Of a DNA stretch of 64,000 bases, positions 52,957 through 62,828 are shown piece after piece. How positions within the stretch are numbered: position 1 is the stretch's first letter; each line of letters starts with the position of its first letter. Below the pieces are notes generated by a model. That model was not told where the DNA came from, made no database searches, and saw only the letters and a list, made by a program, of their open reading frames with translations. The stretch comes from Methanomassiliicoccaceae archaeon (GTDB taxonomy: Archaea; Thermoplasmatota; Thermoplasmata; Methanomassiliicoccales; Methanomassiliicoccaceae): the NCBI GenBank assembly GCA_963728405.1, contig CAVSJV010000017.1, forward strand, positions 32,001-96,000, in the 5' to 3' direction. The translations under genes were made by a program, and so were the position numbers.

Positions 52957-53265
52957 ATGGTCACACTTGGTACCACTTTCGAGGATCTTGACAACGAGCT
53001 GGAGAGCATGCTGGACATGGTGTCCGAAGCTCTGGACCTGATGGAAAAGAACAAGAAGGAAGAGGCCATGGAAGTCCTGGCCGACCTCGAGGACGCCCTC
53101 CTAGATTTCCTGGACTACGAAGAGGTTGAGGAAGAGGCTGAGGTCGCTGAGATCGTAATCGAGGAGCCTAAGAAGGCCGCTGCCCCCAAGAAGGCACCCA
53201 CCAAGGCCGCCCCGAAGAAGGCTGCGCCGGCCAAGAAGGCCGCCGCCAAGCCCAAGAAGAAGTAA
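52957..53265 (+). CDS. Small protein with acidic helical N-terminus and histone H1-like PAKK tail
   Basis: AAGGTGA Shine-Dalgarno, AT-rich promoter, tail PKKAAAPKKAPTKAAPKKAAPAKKAAAKPKKK. Confidence 0.75.
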   Translation: MVTLGTTFEDLDNELESMLDMVSEALDLMEKNKKEEAMEVLADLEDALLDFLDYEEVEEEAEVAEIVIEEPKKAAAPKKAPTKAAPKKAAPAKKAAAKPKKK

Positions 53266-53272
53266 AACCCCT

Positions 53273-53301
53273 TCGGCCTCACGGCCGATATTCTTGTTTT
53301 T
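53273..53301 (+). terminator. Hairpin plus T-tract terminator
   Basis: TCGGCC-TCAC-GGCCGA followed by TATTCTTGTTTTT. Confidence 0.55.
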
Positions 53302-54120
53302 CAGACCCCTATCCAGACATTACCCAGTATCCTCTTGATGGCCGCTATGGCCGATAGTGCGGCCAGGTAGCTGGTCGATGGGGTCATGGGCGACGGGACG
53401 TTCTGGGTCTCGCACCTCAGCTCACCGAAGTCCCCCTTGACCTCGAGCGTGTGAGAGTTCTTCTCCGCGGTCGGATCGCAGATGATGGTGACCCGGGTGC
53501 GGTCGAAGCCGACGCCCAGTAAGGACAGGGTGGCGGCCACGTTGAGGTTCTTGGGGAACTGATTGGAGGCGTCGCGGGCATTTCCCTCGAACACCACGGT
53601 CGGTTCCCGCAACGAGTCTACGTCGATGTTCCTCATTTTCAGGCCCGGCGCCCCCCTAAGCCCCTTCGGCCCCTTCCGAGTGATCAGGTGGACCTCGCTG
53701 ATGCCGGCCGCCGCGGCGGAGTGCAGCCCGTCCGTACCGCAGATGGCGCCCGACGGGACGTATAATCTGGACCGGTGCTTCTTGGCCAGAGTGAAGCAGC
53801 GCTCTCTGAACTGTGTCATCGGCGAACACCCCTACGCTCATGACCATGACGTCCACGCCGTTCTCCAGGACGAACGGGATGTACTTGCGGGCGGCCTCCT
53901 GACTGGCCGCCTCCACCGCCAGGTCCACCTCGCCCAGAACGCGGGACAGGTTGCCATTGACATTATCGACGTACTCGGCCTTCTCCAGGCTCTCGATCAG
54001 GTGGACGGCATAGTCCTTGCTCTGGTCCGTGACGTAGATGCGGTCGACCTCTGGCATGTCATGCACTGCCTTGGCCAAGACCGACCCGATTGACCCGCAC
54101 CCGATGATGAGTATGCGCAC
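53301..54120 (-). CDS. nadX: L-aspartate dehydrogenase; frameshift near 53815
   Basis: IGCGSIG, VEAASQ, MSVG, SGAICGTD, FPKNLNVAA, TSYLAALS. Confidence 0.9.
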
Positions 54121-54197
54121 GACAGGTCGATTGGTGGACCTAGATATGAATTTGTCCCATTGCCGACCAACCCTTTTATCTCGGAACGAGCAATCCG

Positions 54198-54608
54198 ATG
54201 CTGATGAGGTACGAGAACCTCGAGCATACCGCGGATGTCATGATCAAGGCGCACGGCTCGACCCTGAAGGAGTGCTTCGAGAACGCCGCCTACGGGATGG
54301 TCGACCAGATCGTGGACGCCTCCACGATCGTGCCGAGGCAGGAAGAGTCCTTCTCGGTCGAGGCCGAGATACTGGAGGACCTCCTCTACAACTTCCTGTC
54401 CGAGGTGCTGTTCATCTTCGACGCCCGGCACCTGGTCCTGGTCGAGTTCGACGTGGACATCCAGCCAGGGAAGCTCAACTGCCGCGCCCGGGGGGAGAGG
54501 TTCGACCGCGAAAGGCATGGGCCCAAACAAGAGATAAAGGCGGTGACCTATCATATGCTGCAGGTGAACGAGCAGGAGCCGTCGATTACGGTCCTTTTCG
54601 ACGTGTAA
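54198..54608 (+). CDS. Archease
   Basis: EHTADV, IKAVTYH, C-terminal FDV. The stop codon is supplied by the IS right end. Confidence 0.93.
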   Translation: MLMRYENLEHTADVMIKAHGSTLKECFENAAYGMVDQIVDASTIVPRQEESFSVEAEILEDLLYNFLSEVLFIFDARHLVLVEFDVDIQPGKLNCRARGERFDRERHGPKQEIKAVTYHMLQVNEQEPSITVLFDV

Positions 54609-54760
54609 ACTGACCCCCCACCAAAGTGGGGGGTCTTCGCTCTACCTTTGCAGGGAGCATTCGGCTGGTTTACTGTTCAGCCTCTGCAAGGCAGATATAC
54701 CGCGATGCAGGATGTTGCGAGAGGCGTTCAGATCAGCGTTCAGGGAGAAGCCGCATTTCA
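54585..54760 (-). ncRNA. Predicted TnpB omega/reRNA (scaffold plus guide); 5' boundary approximate
   Basis: Inferred from known TnpB biology: scaffold over the tnpB 3' end and right end, guide from the flank ACGTCGAAAAGGACCGTAAT. Confidence 0.55.
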
Positions 54761-55755
54761 GGCATACAAAGCTGGAGCCGTGCCTGTTGGCCTTCTCCGT
54801 GTGCCCGCAGCAGGAGCACTCCTGACTGGTGTGCTTGGGATCCACTTCCAATACTGTCTTGCCAGCGGCTTCGGCCTTGTATGTCAGGAAGTACTCGAAT
54901 TGGTGGAATGACCAGGAGCCGATGCTCTTCCGCTGTTTCTTGCTGCCTTTGCCCTTTTCCCCAGTGCGCTTCCGGATCCTAGTCAGGTCTTCAAGAACGA
55001 ACGCTGTAAACTCGCTTTCGACCAGCCTCTTGGAGAGGCAGTGGTTCACGTCAGTTCACGAACCGTCGCTCCTTTCCGCTAACCGCGTAGTATTTGCGCT
55101 TGGCGGACCTAGTGCCTTTGGACTGGAGTTCGGATTTTATGTGCTGGTATCTACCCTTTACGGCCCGAAGGTGCTTCGAGTTGTAGAACTTGTTGTCGCT
55201 GGTGACCAGGATGTTCTTGACGCCTCGGTCGCCACCGAGCATCTCGTCCTCGGTGAAGGGGAGCTTCGGCGGGGCGGGCTTCTCCATCACTGCATGGAGG
55301 TACATTCGGTCGCCCTTCTTGACCACGAGCATCGCCGCCTTGCAAGTCCATCCGTCCTTGCACCAAGCGGGGAGGCGGACCTCGATGTTCCGCCTGCCAT
55401 CGATGCTCGCCAGGGAGCCCCTCCCGGTCAGGACGTTCAGCTTGAAGCACCTGGCGTCGTAGCGCAACGCCCGGTTCTTCCCCGGCGTCACGAGCTTGTT
55501 GTCCTCACCGTTGCTCCTGGCCGACCTCCTGGCCTCTGCAACCGTGCCCCCGATGTTCAAGGTCAGCTGCGAGGGATATTCGGGGAACGCCTCACGCGCC
55601 TTGGCATACGCCAGCCGATGCAGTTCGAGCTTGCCGTAGCAGTCGGCGTCGTATCCCACCTTCGCGTAGAACGAGAATATGTCGCACCCGATGCGGACGG
55701 TTTCGAGCAGCGCCACATCGAAACCAATGGGGCACCTGACCGTTCGCATCATCAT
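54642..55755 (-). CDS. tnpB: TnpB RNA-guided nuclease; one extra base near 55056
   Basis: RuvC-I GGDRG, RuvC-II VLEDL, Zn finger CSCCG/CLKCG, RuvC-III NADLNASRNI. Removing one A restores FVTDVNHCLSK. Confidence 0.9.
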
Positions 55756-55784
55756 TCAGAAGCATGCCTTAAATCAATAAAGCA

Positions 55785-56016
55785 CTCACCCATACAATTA
55801 ATCTGATAGACGTCCCAATATGGTCGCCGGCGGCCGTGGTCGAGATACTCAAGGAAACGTCGGCCAGGATGCCGTGCCTTCGGCATCCGTAACGGAAGGA
55901 CGCTCTGAAGGGAACATCTATGATCATAATTGAATTACATTGGAACGGCTGGCACGGTCAGCGCAGAGAGCATACGGGCCCATGTGGAAGCTCAGATATC
56001 GAAGACAAAGGGATGA
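55785..56016 (+). pseudogene. tnpA: Y1 (HUH) transposase remnant
   Basis: WSPAAVVEILKETSARM and HL*S*LNYIGTAGTVSAESIRAHVEAQ; internal stops, catalytic Tyr position is His, 5' part missing. Confidence 0.75.
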
Positions 56017-56098
56017 GGTTCGACGTACCTGTTACGTCGACTAGGAGGGGCGCATTCCTCACCCGACTAAGGTCGGGGGTTTCCCGCGCAAACGAAAT

Positions 56099-57064
56099 AT
56101 GAATACCAAGGCTTCCGCCATCGCGTATCCCATCCAGGGATTGATCAAGTACCACGGGCTGAGGGACGAGAAGCTCCGCCTGCCGTTCCACGACTCCATC
56201 TCCGTGTGCACCGCGCCGATCCATACCCGCACCACCGTCGAGTTCGGCTACGAGCGCGATTCGGCGATGATCGACGGTAAGGATGTCAGCGAGCGGGACA
56301 TGGAACGGATCCATGATGTGGTCGACCCCCTGCGCCAGGAGGCCGGAGCGCGTTCGGGCCTGCGCATGGAGTCCAGGAGCGACTTTCAATCCAACATAGG
56401 GCTGGGCGCATCGGCCTCGGGCTTTGCCGCCCTGGCGGTGGCCGCGGCCGGCGCGCTGGGGCTGGAGATGTCGCTTGAGGAGATCTCCCGCTTCGCCCGC
56501 CGGGGCGCGGGTTCGGCCGCGCGGGCGGTGACCGGAGGCTTCTCGCGCTGGTACGCCGGCACGGGGGATGAGGATTCCATCTCTCGCTCCATCCCTTACC
56601 CCGAGAGCTTGGACCTGGCCATCCTGGTCGCGCTGGTCCCGGCCCACAAGTACACGGACGCAGCGCACAAGGACGTCGTGAGCTCGCCGTTCTTCAAGGC
56701 CCGGCTGGAATACGTGCCCACGGTGGTGGACCGGATGGAGAAGGCCATCCGGCAAGGAGATGCCAAAGAGATCGCCCGGCTGGCCGAGGTCGATACGCTG
56801 CTGCTGCACGGCATCACCATGACCGGAGCGGACGAGATGATCCTGTGGCGGCCAGACACCGTCAAGGTGATCCTGGAGGTCCAGGCCATGCGGCGGGACG
56901 GCATCCAGTGCTACTTCTCCATCGATACGGGGGCCACCGTGTACATCAACACCGACCGCGACAGCCTGCTAGTGGTACGGAAGCGCATCGAAGGCTTGGG
57001 CATTACTACCTTGACCTGCTCCGTAGGGGGAGCGGCCAGGCTGGTACCTGATCACCTATTCTAG
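56099..57064 (+). CDS. mvaD: Phosphomevalonate/diphosphomevalonate decarboxylase (GHMP family)
   Basis: AYPIQGLIKYHG, HDSISV, GLGASASGFAA, RGAGSAAR, DTGATVYINT. Confidence 0.85.
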   Translation: MNTKASAIAYPIQGLIKYHGLRDEKLRLPFHDSISVCTAPIHTRTTVEFGYERDSAMIDGKDVSERDMERIHDVVDPLRQEAGARSGLRMESRSDFQSNIGLGASASGFAALAVAAAGALGLEMSLEEISRFARRGAGSAARAVTGGFSRWYAGTGDEDSISRSIPYPESLDLAILVALVPAHKYTDAAHKDVVSSPFFKARLEYVPTVVDRMEKAIRQGDAKEIARLAEVDTLLLHGITMTGADEMILWRPDTVKVILEVQAMRRDGIQCYFSIDTGATVYINTDRDSLLVVRKRIEGLGITTLTCSVGGAARLVPDHLF

Positions 57065-57466
57065 TAATTTCATCGTACTCTTCTCGACGTTACCCTCGGG
57101 ATCGTAGACATGGATAGCTGGCCGTTGAGTGGTCACATACCCTTCATCGCGTACATGTTCCCGAAGGGCATCGAGCCTCACCAAGAGGTTATTCTCATGT
57201 TCGAAGGAAAGTCGGGGTATGACTATGCCCAGATACAGGTCGTCACGGAGGAACCGCAGATATTCCTTATCGGCCGCAGGATGGTTCAGGGACAGTTCGG
57301 TCTCGATGAACTCCACTCCCGACGGGGTGCCGTCTTTGGTCAGGTGTATCACCACCCTATTCTGGTAGGGCTGTGCCTCGATCTCCGCCTTGGTACCTTT
57401 CTGCTCTCTCTCGATCTCCCTGGCCCGACGGGAGGCTACCATTACGAGGAGGTCTTGCTGCATCAT
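57056..57466 (-). CDS. Hypothetical protein
   Basis: 136-aa ORF filling the gap between convergent and divergent neighbours. Confidence 0.55.
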   Translation of the reverse strand: MMQQDLLVMVASRRAREIEREQKGTKAEIEAQPYQNRVVIHLTKDGTPSGVEFIETELSLNHPAADKEYLRFLRDDLYLGIVIPRLSFEHENNLLVRLDALREHVRDEGYVTTQRPAIHVYDPEGNVEKSTMKLLE

Positions 57467-57631
57467 CGTGATGAACTAGTGTTTCACCGGGTCATGTGCT
57501 TTTGCCCATTCCGGAGGATACCGATGTAGGAGGGAGATGGGCAGCAATCAGGGTGGAGTACGGTCATTTGATCTTACTGATTGGCCGCCCAGCATCAAAC
57601 TTTATTAGGTGCTTCGCTTTAAGTGACCACG

Positions 57632-58594
57632 ATGGACGTCGTTGGGGTCGGTGCGCTGAATGTGGATATGTTCTACGAGGTCCCTTCCCTGACCATCGGC
57701 GGAAAGGCCTTCGAGCCAGGAGGAGAGGTGTTCGGCGATGAAGCCGCATTCTCGCAGGTCACCGCCGAGCTGGCCAAGAAGGCGAAGCTGGTCGGCAAGA
57801 GCGGCGGGGGTTCCGCAGCCAATACTGTCGTCGCCCTCTCCCGCATGGGCTATTCCACGAGCTTTCTGGGCGTGGTGGGCAAGGATGATGATGGAAAGTA
57901 CCTGCTCCGTTCCATGGAGGGCGTAGAGGTATCGCACGTCAAGAAATACAAGAAGTCCGGCATGTGCATCTCCATGCTAAAGCAGGGCGAACGGTCATTG
58001 CTCGGCCTCCCCAACGCTAACGATTACTTCTCGTTCAACGAGGACGACCTGGGTCTCCTCAACTCATCGAAGTTCGTCCATCTCAGCTCCTTCGCTGCCG
58101 ATAGCGCGCTGATGATGCAGAAGCAGCTGGTGAACCTCCTTGATGATGGAGTGTACATCTCCTTCGCACCCGGCGAGAGATACGCCCGGCGGGGGCTCAA
58201 GCAGATAACCGACCTGATCGAACGGTCCCGCATCCTGTTCGTCAACGAACGGGAGATCGAGATGCTTACCGGCAGCGGGCCGAAGGAGGGCAGCAAGAGC
58301 CTGCTCGAGCTCGGTCCGGCGGTGGTCGTGTGCACCCAGGGAGAGAGAGGGTCGCTCATCACCACCCGCAATGTGGAGCTGGACATCCCGGCCAAAAGGT
58401 CCATCGCGGTGGACACCACCGGCGCGGGGGACGTCTACGCGGCCGGGTTCTTGGCGGGCTTCATTGACGGCGCCAATCTGGAAATGTGCGGGGAGATCGG
58501 TTCGGCCGCGGCGGCCCTGAGCATCGCGTCGTACGGAAGGGGCAGCTATCCGGACGAGCGGTTCCTGAGGAAGTACGCGAGGGAGCTGAGCTAG
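57632..58594 (+). CDS. PfkB-family carbohydrate/nucleoside kinase
   Basis: GGSAANT, NERE, DTTGAGDVYAAGF. Confidence 0.9.
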   Translation: MDVVGVGALNVDMFYEVPSLTIGGKAFEPGGEVFGDEAAFSQVTAELAKKAKLVGKSGGGSAANTVVALSRMGYSTSFLGVVGKDDDGKYLLRSMEGVEVSHVKKYKKSGMCISMLKQGERSLLGLPNANDYFSFNEDDLGLLNSSKFVHLSSFAADSALMMQKQLVNLLDDGVYISFAPGERYARRGLKQITDLIERSRILFVNEREIEMLTGSGPKEGSKSLLELGPAVVVCTQGERGSLITTRNVELDIPAKRSIAVDTTGAGDVYAAGFLAGFIDGANLEMCGEIGSAAAALSIASYGRGSYPDERFLRKYARELS

Positions 58595-58833
58595 GATGCT
58601 AGGGCAGGGATGGTCCTCCACCGGGCGCGACCACGCGGCCAGGGGGCTTCCGCCCATGACCGCACGAAAGGGCAAGCCGCGCCTGGCCTATGCTGAAGAT
58701 CCATTGGCGGAAGGAAAGTTTCATTTAAAAGGTGAGTGTCTCTACGAGGGCGACATGAGGCTCGACCGTCTTTGTGACATGACCAGGGTCGTCGACGGAG
58801 CGCTGCGGGGCGGAGAGTTCAGGGAGGCTTGGA

Positions 58834-59956
58834 ATGGACTTTGACGGGCTCGAGGAGACCCTGGCCGGGGGATGGAGGCAGTTCATCAGCGACGGCGAGG
58901 GGCCGATCACCAAGAACGATAATGCCTTCGAGCTGTGCAGCGACCTCATCGAGAACGGCGGCGAGTTCTTCAAGATCGTCAGCAAGTACGATGACATCCT
59001 GTCCGATGTGCTGCAGCGGCCGAACTACAAGGCCGGGGACACCCTGAAGCTGGTGCTGCCCTTCCTGAAGGCCCACGGTGCCACCGACTCCAACATGCTG
59101 GAGTTCTCCCGCAAGAACATCCTGACCGTTCCGGGGGCGCGAAAGACGATGCGCTTCGTCCAGGAGTTCATGACCCCGTTCATCGTCGCTACTTCCTACG
59201 AGCACTACATCAGCGCGGTTTGCGACGCCATCGGGTTCCCCATGGAGAACGCCTATTGCACTGCCCTGGACATGGACTCCATCAAGATGGAGCCCTGGGA
59301 GGGGGACCTGCTGAAGCGCTACGCCCAGGAGATCTCCCGCATGGAGAAGCTGGAGATCCCCGAAGGAGGCCAAGACGATCGATGATTTCAGCGCCTCGGA
59401 CAAAGAGACCATCCGTCGCCTGGACGAGATATTCTGGGAGGAGCTTACCGACCTATCGGCGTACCAGCTCATCCTGGAAGTGAACCCGGTAGGGGGCGAG
59501 GAGAAGGCATCGGCGGTGCTGGACATCAGGAGAAGGACCGGGATCGGCCTGGAGGACACGCTCTACATCGGGGATTCCATCACCGACGTCCAGGCGTTCC
59601 AGCTGGTGCGCGAAGGAAGCGGCCTCACCATCTCATTCAACGGCAACGAGTATGCACTAAGAGAGGCAGAGTTCGCCATCATCTCCGACAACACGGTCAT
59701 CACCTCGGTCCTGGCGGAAGCATTCCACAAGGCCGGGATAGAGGGCATCAATACCCTAGTGGAGGACTGGAACATGGAGACCGTCCGCTCCTCTGGGATG
59801 GTCAATGAGTACCTGATGAGGGAGTTCGAGAAAGTGTTCCCGGATAAGTTGCCCACGGTGGCCAAGATCACCCCGCAGAACATCAAATCCCTCACCCGTC
59901 AGAGCCTGGCCTTCAGACGCTCGGTACGAGGAGAGACCATCGGCGCTCTCGGCTGA
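58834..59956 (+). CDS. EhaR-like HAD-superfamily hydrolase; frameshift near 59370
   Basis: SDGEGPITKNDNAFEL, TSY, GDSITD, SFNGN. Confidence 0.75.
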
Positions 59957-60343
59957 TCACTGCGCTTCTTCGACGGCCTTACCCATCATCTCGGCGAACT
60001 TCTTCCACTCTTCTTCCTTTATGTTCGGGAAATCGAAACGCGCGCAGCTCTCGCACTTGGCCAGTTCCCGTTGGACGGCGTCATCGAGCACGATGCTGAC
60101 CCTGGGCGTCATTTCCGCCTTATTCAGTATGAGGTCGGCGCACTTGTTGCGGCAGCCGTTGACGGCGACCATATGCTGGGGGTCCCCTCCGCTCATCTGT
60201 ATGAGGATCGGCGACACCGCTACGGTGCAGGCGCTGAACTGGAGGATGCGATCGAAGTACTTCTTGGCGAACTCCTCCACCGCCCGCTCGATGATCATGG
60301 CCCGCTCGGCGTTCGCTCCGCAGACGACGACTAACACCCTCAC
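59957..60343 (-). CDS. DGC-like putative zinc-binding protein
   Basis: VCG...SAC...AVNGCRNKCA; GTG start overlaps the upstream TGA. Confidence 0.65.
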   Translation of the reverse strand: MRVLVVVCGANAERAMIIERAVEEFAKKYFDRILQFSACTVAVSPILIQMSGGDPQHMVAVNGCRNKCADLILNKAEMTPRVSIVLDDAVQRELAKCESCARFDFPNIKEEEWKKFAEMMGKAVEEAQ

Positions 60344-60684
60344 GCTCCCATCTCCATCAGGGTGGCGAGGATCTTCGTCTCGGTGGCGACGATATCCTTC
60401 TCGGTGACCGCGATGACCTTGTCGACGACCAGGGTCTTGGCGGGCATGATGCCGTAGAGCAACAGGGCCTGCATGCCGCAGCAGCCCTCGCAGCCCTCCA
60501 CCGCCACCGTCCGCTGGGGATCGAGGGCCTTGAGCTCGTCGGCGAACTTGTTCAGCCCCGCCCCCGCTGGGCAGGGGGTGATGACCCGGATGTCCTTCTT
60601 CTCCGCCACGCGACGAAGCGCTTTCCGCACCATGCGGGCCGAGGGCGAGAAGCCAGCGCACATCACCACGTTGATGGCGGTCAT
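60340..60684 (-). CDS. DGC-like putative zinc-binding protein
   Basis: MCAG...PCP...AVEGCEGCC. Confidence 0.7.
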   Translation of the reverse strand: MTAINVVMCAGFSPSARMVRKALRRVAEKKDIRVITPCPAGAGLNKFADELKALDPQRTVAVEGCEGCCGMQALLLYGIMPAKTLVVDKVIAVTEKDIVATETKILATLMEMGA

Positions 60685-62714
60685 CTCTTGCCCTCGAAGA
60701 ACAGGCGAGGTTTCCCCACACCGGTGATGGTGATGTTGACCTCCAGCAGGATGTTGCTGCCCCAGCCCTTGTCCAGGCGCGCTTCCTTCCTGTTGTTATC
60801 GATCAGCACCTCGACGGTGTCCGCGCCGGAGGCCAACGCTCTCACTTTGACCAATCGACTGCCCTCCTCGCGGGCATAGGTGATCGCTTCATCGAGGTTC
60901 TCGAAGTCCTTCTTCTCCTGCATCCAATACAGGGTGCAGGGCGGGTTCTCCATCGCCCCCAGGCCCTTCTTGGGCTTGATGAGCATCTCGACGGACTCCA
61001 TGACGTTGCCGGAGATCGCTCCCGCGGCGTTACCTATCTCGGAATGTAGCGGCAGCTCCAGGCCAGTGTGGAAGCGTTCGGCCACCCCCGGCAGGTACGC
61101 GCCCACCGGGGCACCTATGCCGATGATGGGCTTGTTAAGAATGAGCTGACAAGCGAAGTCCCGGCGTCCTGTGCTACGGATCATGTTGCTGACCAGAGAC
61201 GTCGCCACCTCGTCCAACTTGGCCTCGCCGACCTCCTCGTAGATAAGCTTCTTGAAGACCTCGGTGGAGATCTTCTCGATGACCGCCGTCTTCACCGTAC
61301 TGATGAACTCCGGGGCCGGGATCTCCAGATTGGCCGCTTGGATCTCCACGCCGATCTTGGATGCCTCGGCGTCATACTCAATGTAGGAGCCTTCGGCGTG
61401 CAGCATGTCCGTGGGAGTGAGGCCAATGCGCAGGATCATGCCCAGCGCCTCCATCTTCCTCAGGTTGAGGGAGAGCGGATGAACGTTCATCAGCTCGGCG
61501 ATCTCGTACAGGGACCGCGGCTCGGCCTTGAGCAGCTCAAGCATTCTTTCCTGGTCGGGGCCGACATCGGGGCCGGACACCTTCTTACAGAACACATAGA
61601 ACTCGGTTACCTGAGGTATGGCGTCGAGATCCATGTATGACGGGACCCATTTGTCCTTAGCGCCCCGCAATGCCTCCAGCTTCGGCCGAAGCGTCGGGTA
61701 GGTGGAGGATGCGATGCATAACGGTATCACCCTCAGCGGACTGAGATGGATCTTGCCGGCTGCCACGACCACACGGGAGTCGCCACCGATACCGGAGGTG
61801 AACACGTCCACCGCCTTGACCCGGGTACGCCAGCCGCCCAGCACCGCTCCCTCGGGATCGAGGCGCGGACGGCCGTTCCTCAGGATGCCGATGTCGGTGG
61901 TTGTGCCGCCTACGTCGACGATGACCGCGTCGGGCAGCTTGGTCAGGGCCTTGGCACCGATGATCGACGCCGCGGGGCCGGAGAGGATGGTCTCCACTGG
62001 CCGTTCCTTGGCGACCGCCTCGTCCATGAGCGAGCCGTCCCCTTTTACGATCATCAGGGGCGCCTGGATGTTCAACTTGTCCTGCACCCTCTTGATCGAG
62101 GCGATGAGGTCGGCGATGATAGGGATGAGCCGCGCGTTCAGCACCGCGGTGATCGTCCTCTCGTGGAAACCGAGCGCTGACGAGAGGTCGTGACCGCATA
62201 CCACCGGATAGGGGGTCAGGGATTGCACCATCTTTTTCACGGCGACCTCGTGCTCGGGGTTCCTGACGCTCAGGTAGCCGGAGATGGCGAAGGCGTCGAC
62301 CTTGTCCTTCACCCGGAGCACGAACTCCGTGGCCGCTTCCATGTCCAGGTCGGAGCGCTTCTCCCCCTGGAGGTTGTGGCCGCCCTTGACCTGTTGAAGC
62401 TCGTCGACCGGGATATTGGCCACCGCGTCGTGGCCTATTACGATAAGCCCGACCCGGCAGCCCTTCCCCTCGACCACTGAATTGGTGGCCAAGGTGGACG
62501 AGACCGCCAGCAGACGTATGTTTTCGAATAGGGAGTGGTCCAGCCTGTCGATGGCATTCCCTATGCCCAGCGCCAGGTCGTTGCGTGTGGTGAGCGCCTT
62601 GGCCTTGCTCAGCACGCTGCCATCGTCCATCCTCAGGACCACCGCGTCGGTGTACGTCCCTCCGGTATCAATTCCCAGCCCTAGGTTCGACGCTCCGTTC
62701 TTGCCTGCTTCCAT
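60681..62714 (-). CDS. Hydantoinase/oxoprolinase A-type (ASKHA ATPase) protein
   Basis: GIDTGGTYTD, STLATN, NPEHE, SGPAAS, DVGGTTTD, GGDS, TPTD, GNAAGA. Confidence 0.88.
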   Translation of the reverse strand: MEAGKNGASNLGLGIDTGGTYTDAVVLRMDDGSVLSKAKALTTRNDLALGIGNAIDRLDHSLFENIRLLAVSSTLATNSVVEGKGCRVGLIVIGHDAVANIPVDELQQVKGGHNLQGEKRSDLDMEAATEFVLRVKDKVDAFAISGYLSVRNPEHEVAVKKMVQSLTPYPVVCGHDLSSALGFHERTITAVLNARLIPIIADLIASIKRVQDKLNIQAPLMIVKGDGSLMDEAVAKERPVETILSGPAASIIGAKALTKLPDAVIVDVGGTTTDIGILRNGRPRLDPEGAVLGGWRTRVKAVDVFTSGIGGDSRVVVAAGKIHLSPLRVIPLCIASSTYPTLRPKLEALRGAKDKWVPSYMDLDAIPQVTEFYVFCKKVSGPDVGPDQERMLELLKAEPRSLYEIAELMNVHPLSLNLRKMEALGMILRIGLTPTDMLHAEGSYIEYDAEASKIGVEIQAANLEIPAPEFISTVKTAVIEKISTEVFKKLIYEEVGEAKLDEVATSLVSNMIRSTGRRDFACQLILNKPIIGIGAPVGAYLPGVAERFHTGLELPLHSEIGNAAGAISGNVMESVEMLIKPKKGLGAMENPPCTLYWMQEKKDFENLDEAITYAREEGSRLVKVRALASGADTVEVLIDNNRKEARLDKGWGSNILLEVNITITGVGKPRLFFEGKR

Positions 62715-62828
62715 GGTAATACTTCCTCGATGGGTTCGCTCTGTACGGTTGAACTTTGTGGTTTGCTATCGTTGGGTCTGAGCGGCCCAGCGGGTTCCAG
62801 ATCGAGCACCCGTTGGTCACTCCGGTAA

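Larger units (their letters stand above)
54605..56098 (-). mobile_element. IS200/IS605-family (IS605-type) element, 1494 bp
   Basis: Right-end hairpin GACCCCCCAC-CAAA-GTGGGGGGTC (54612-54635) ending in TTAC on the minus strand. Left-end hairpin CCCGAC-TAAG-GTCGGG (56062-56077) next to the target TCAT. Divergent tnpA remnant and tnpB inside. Confidence 0.85.

Noticed and set aside
55795-55810. Alternative IS left end at 55802, where the empty site GAC GT|C TGA also restores the archease F-D-V-stop
   Set aside because: There is no left-end hairpin there and the site lies inside the tnpA remnant. The hairpin and TCAT target at 56050-56102 fit much better.
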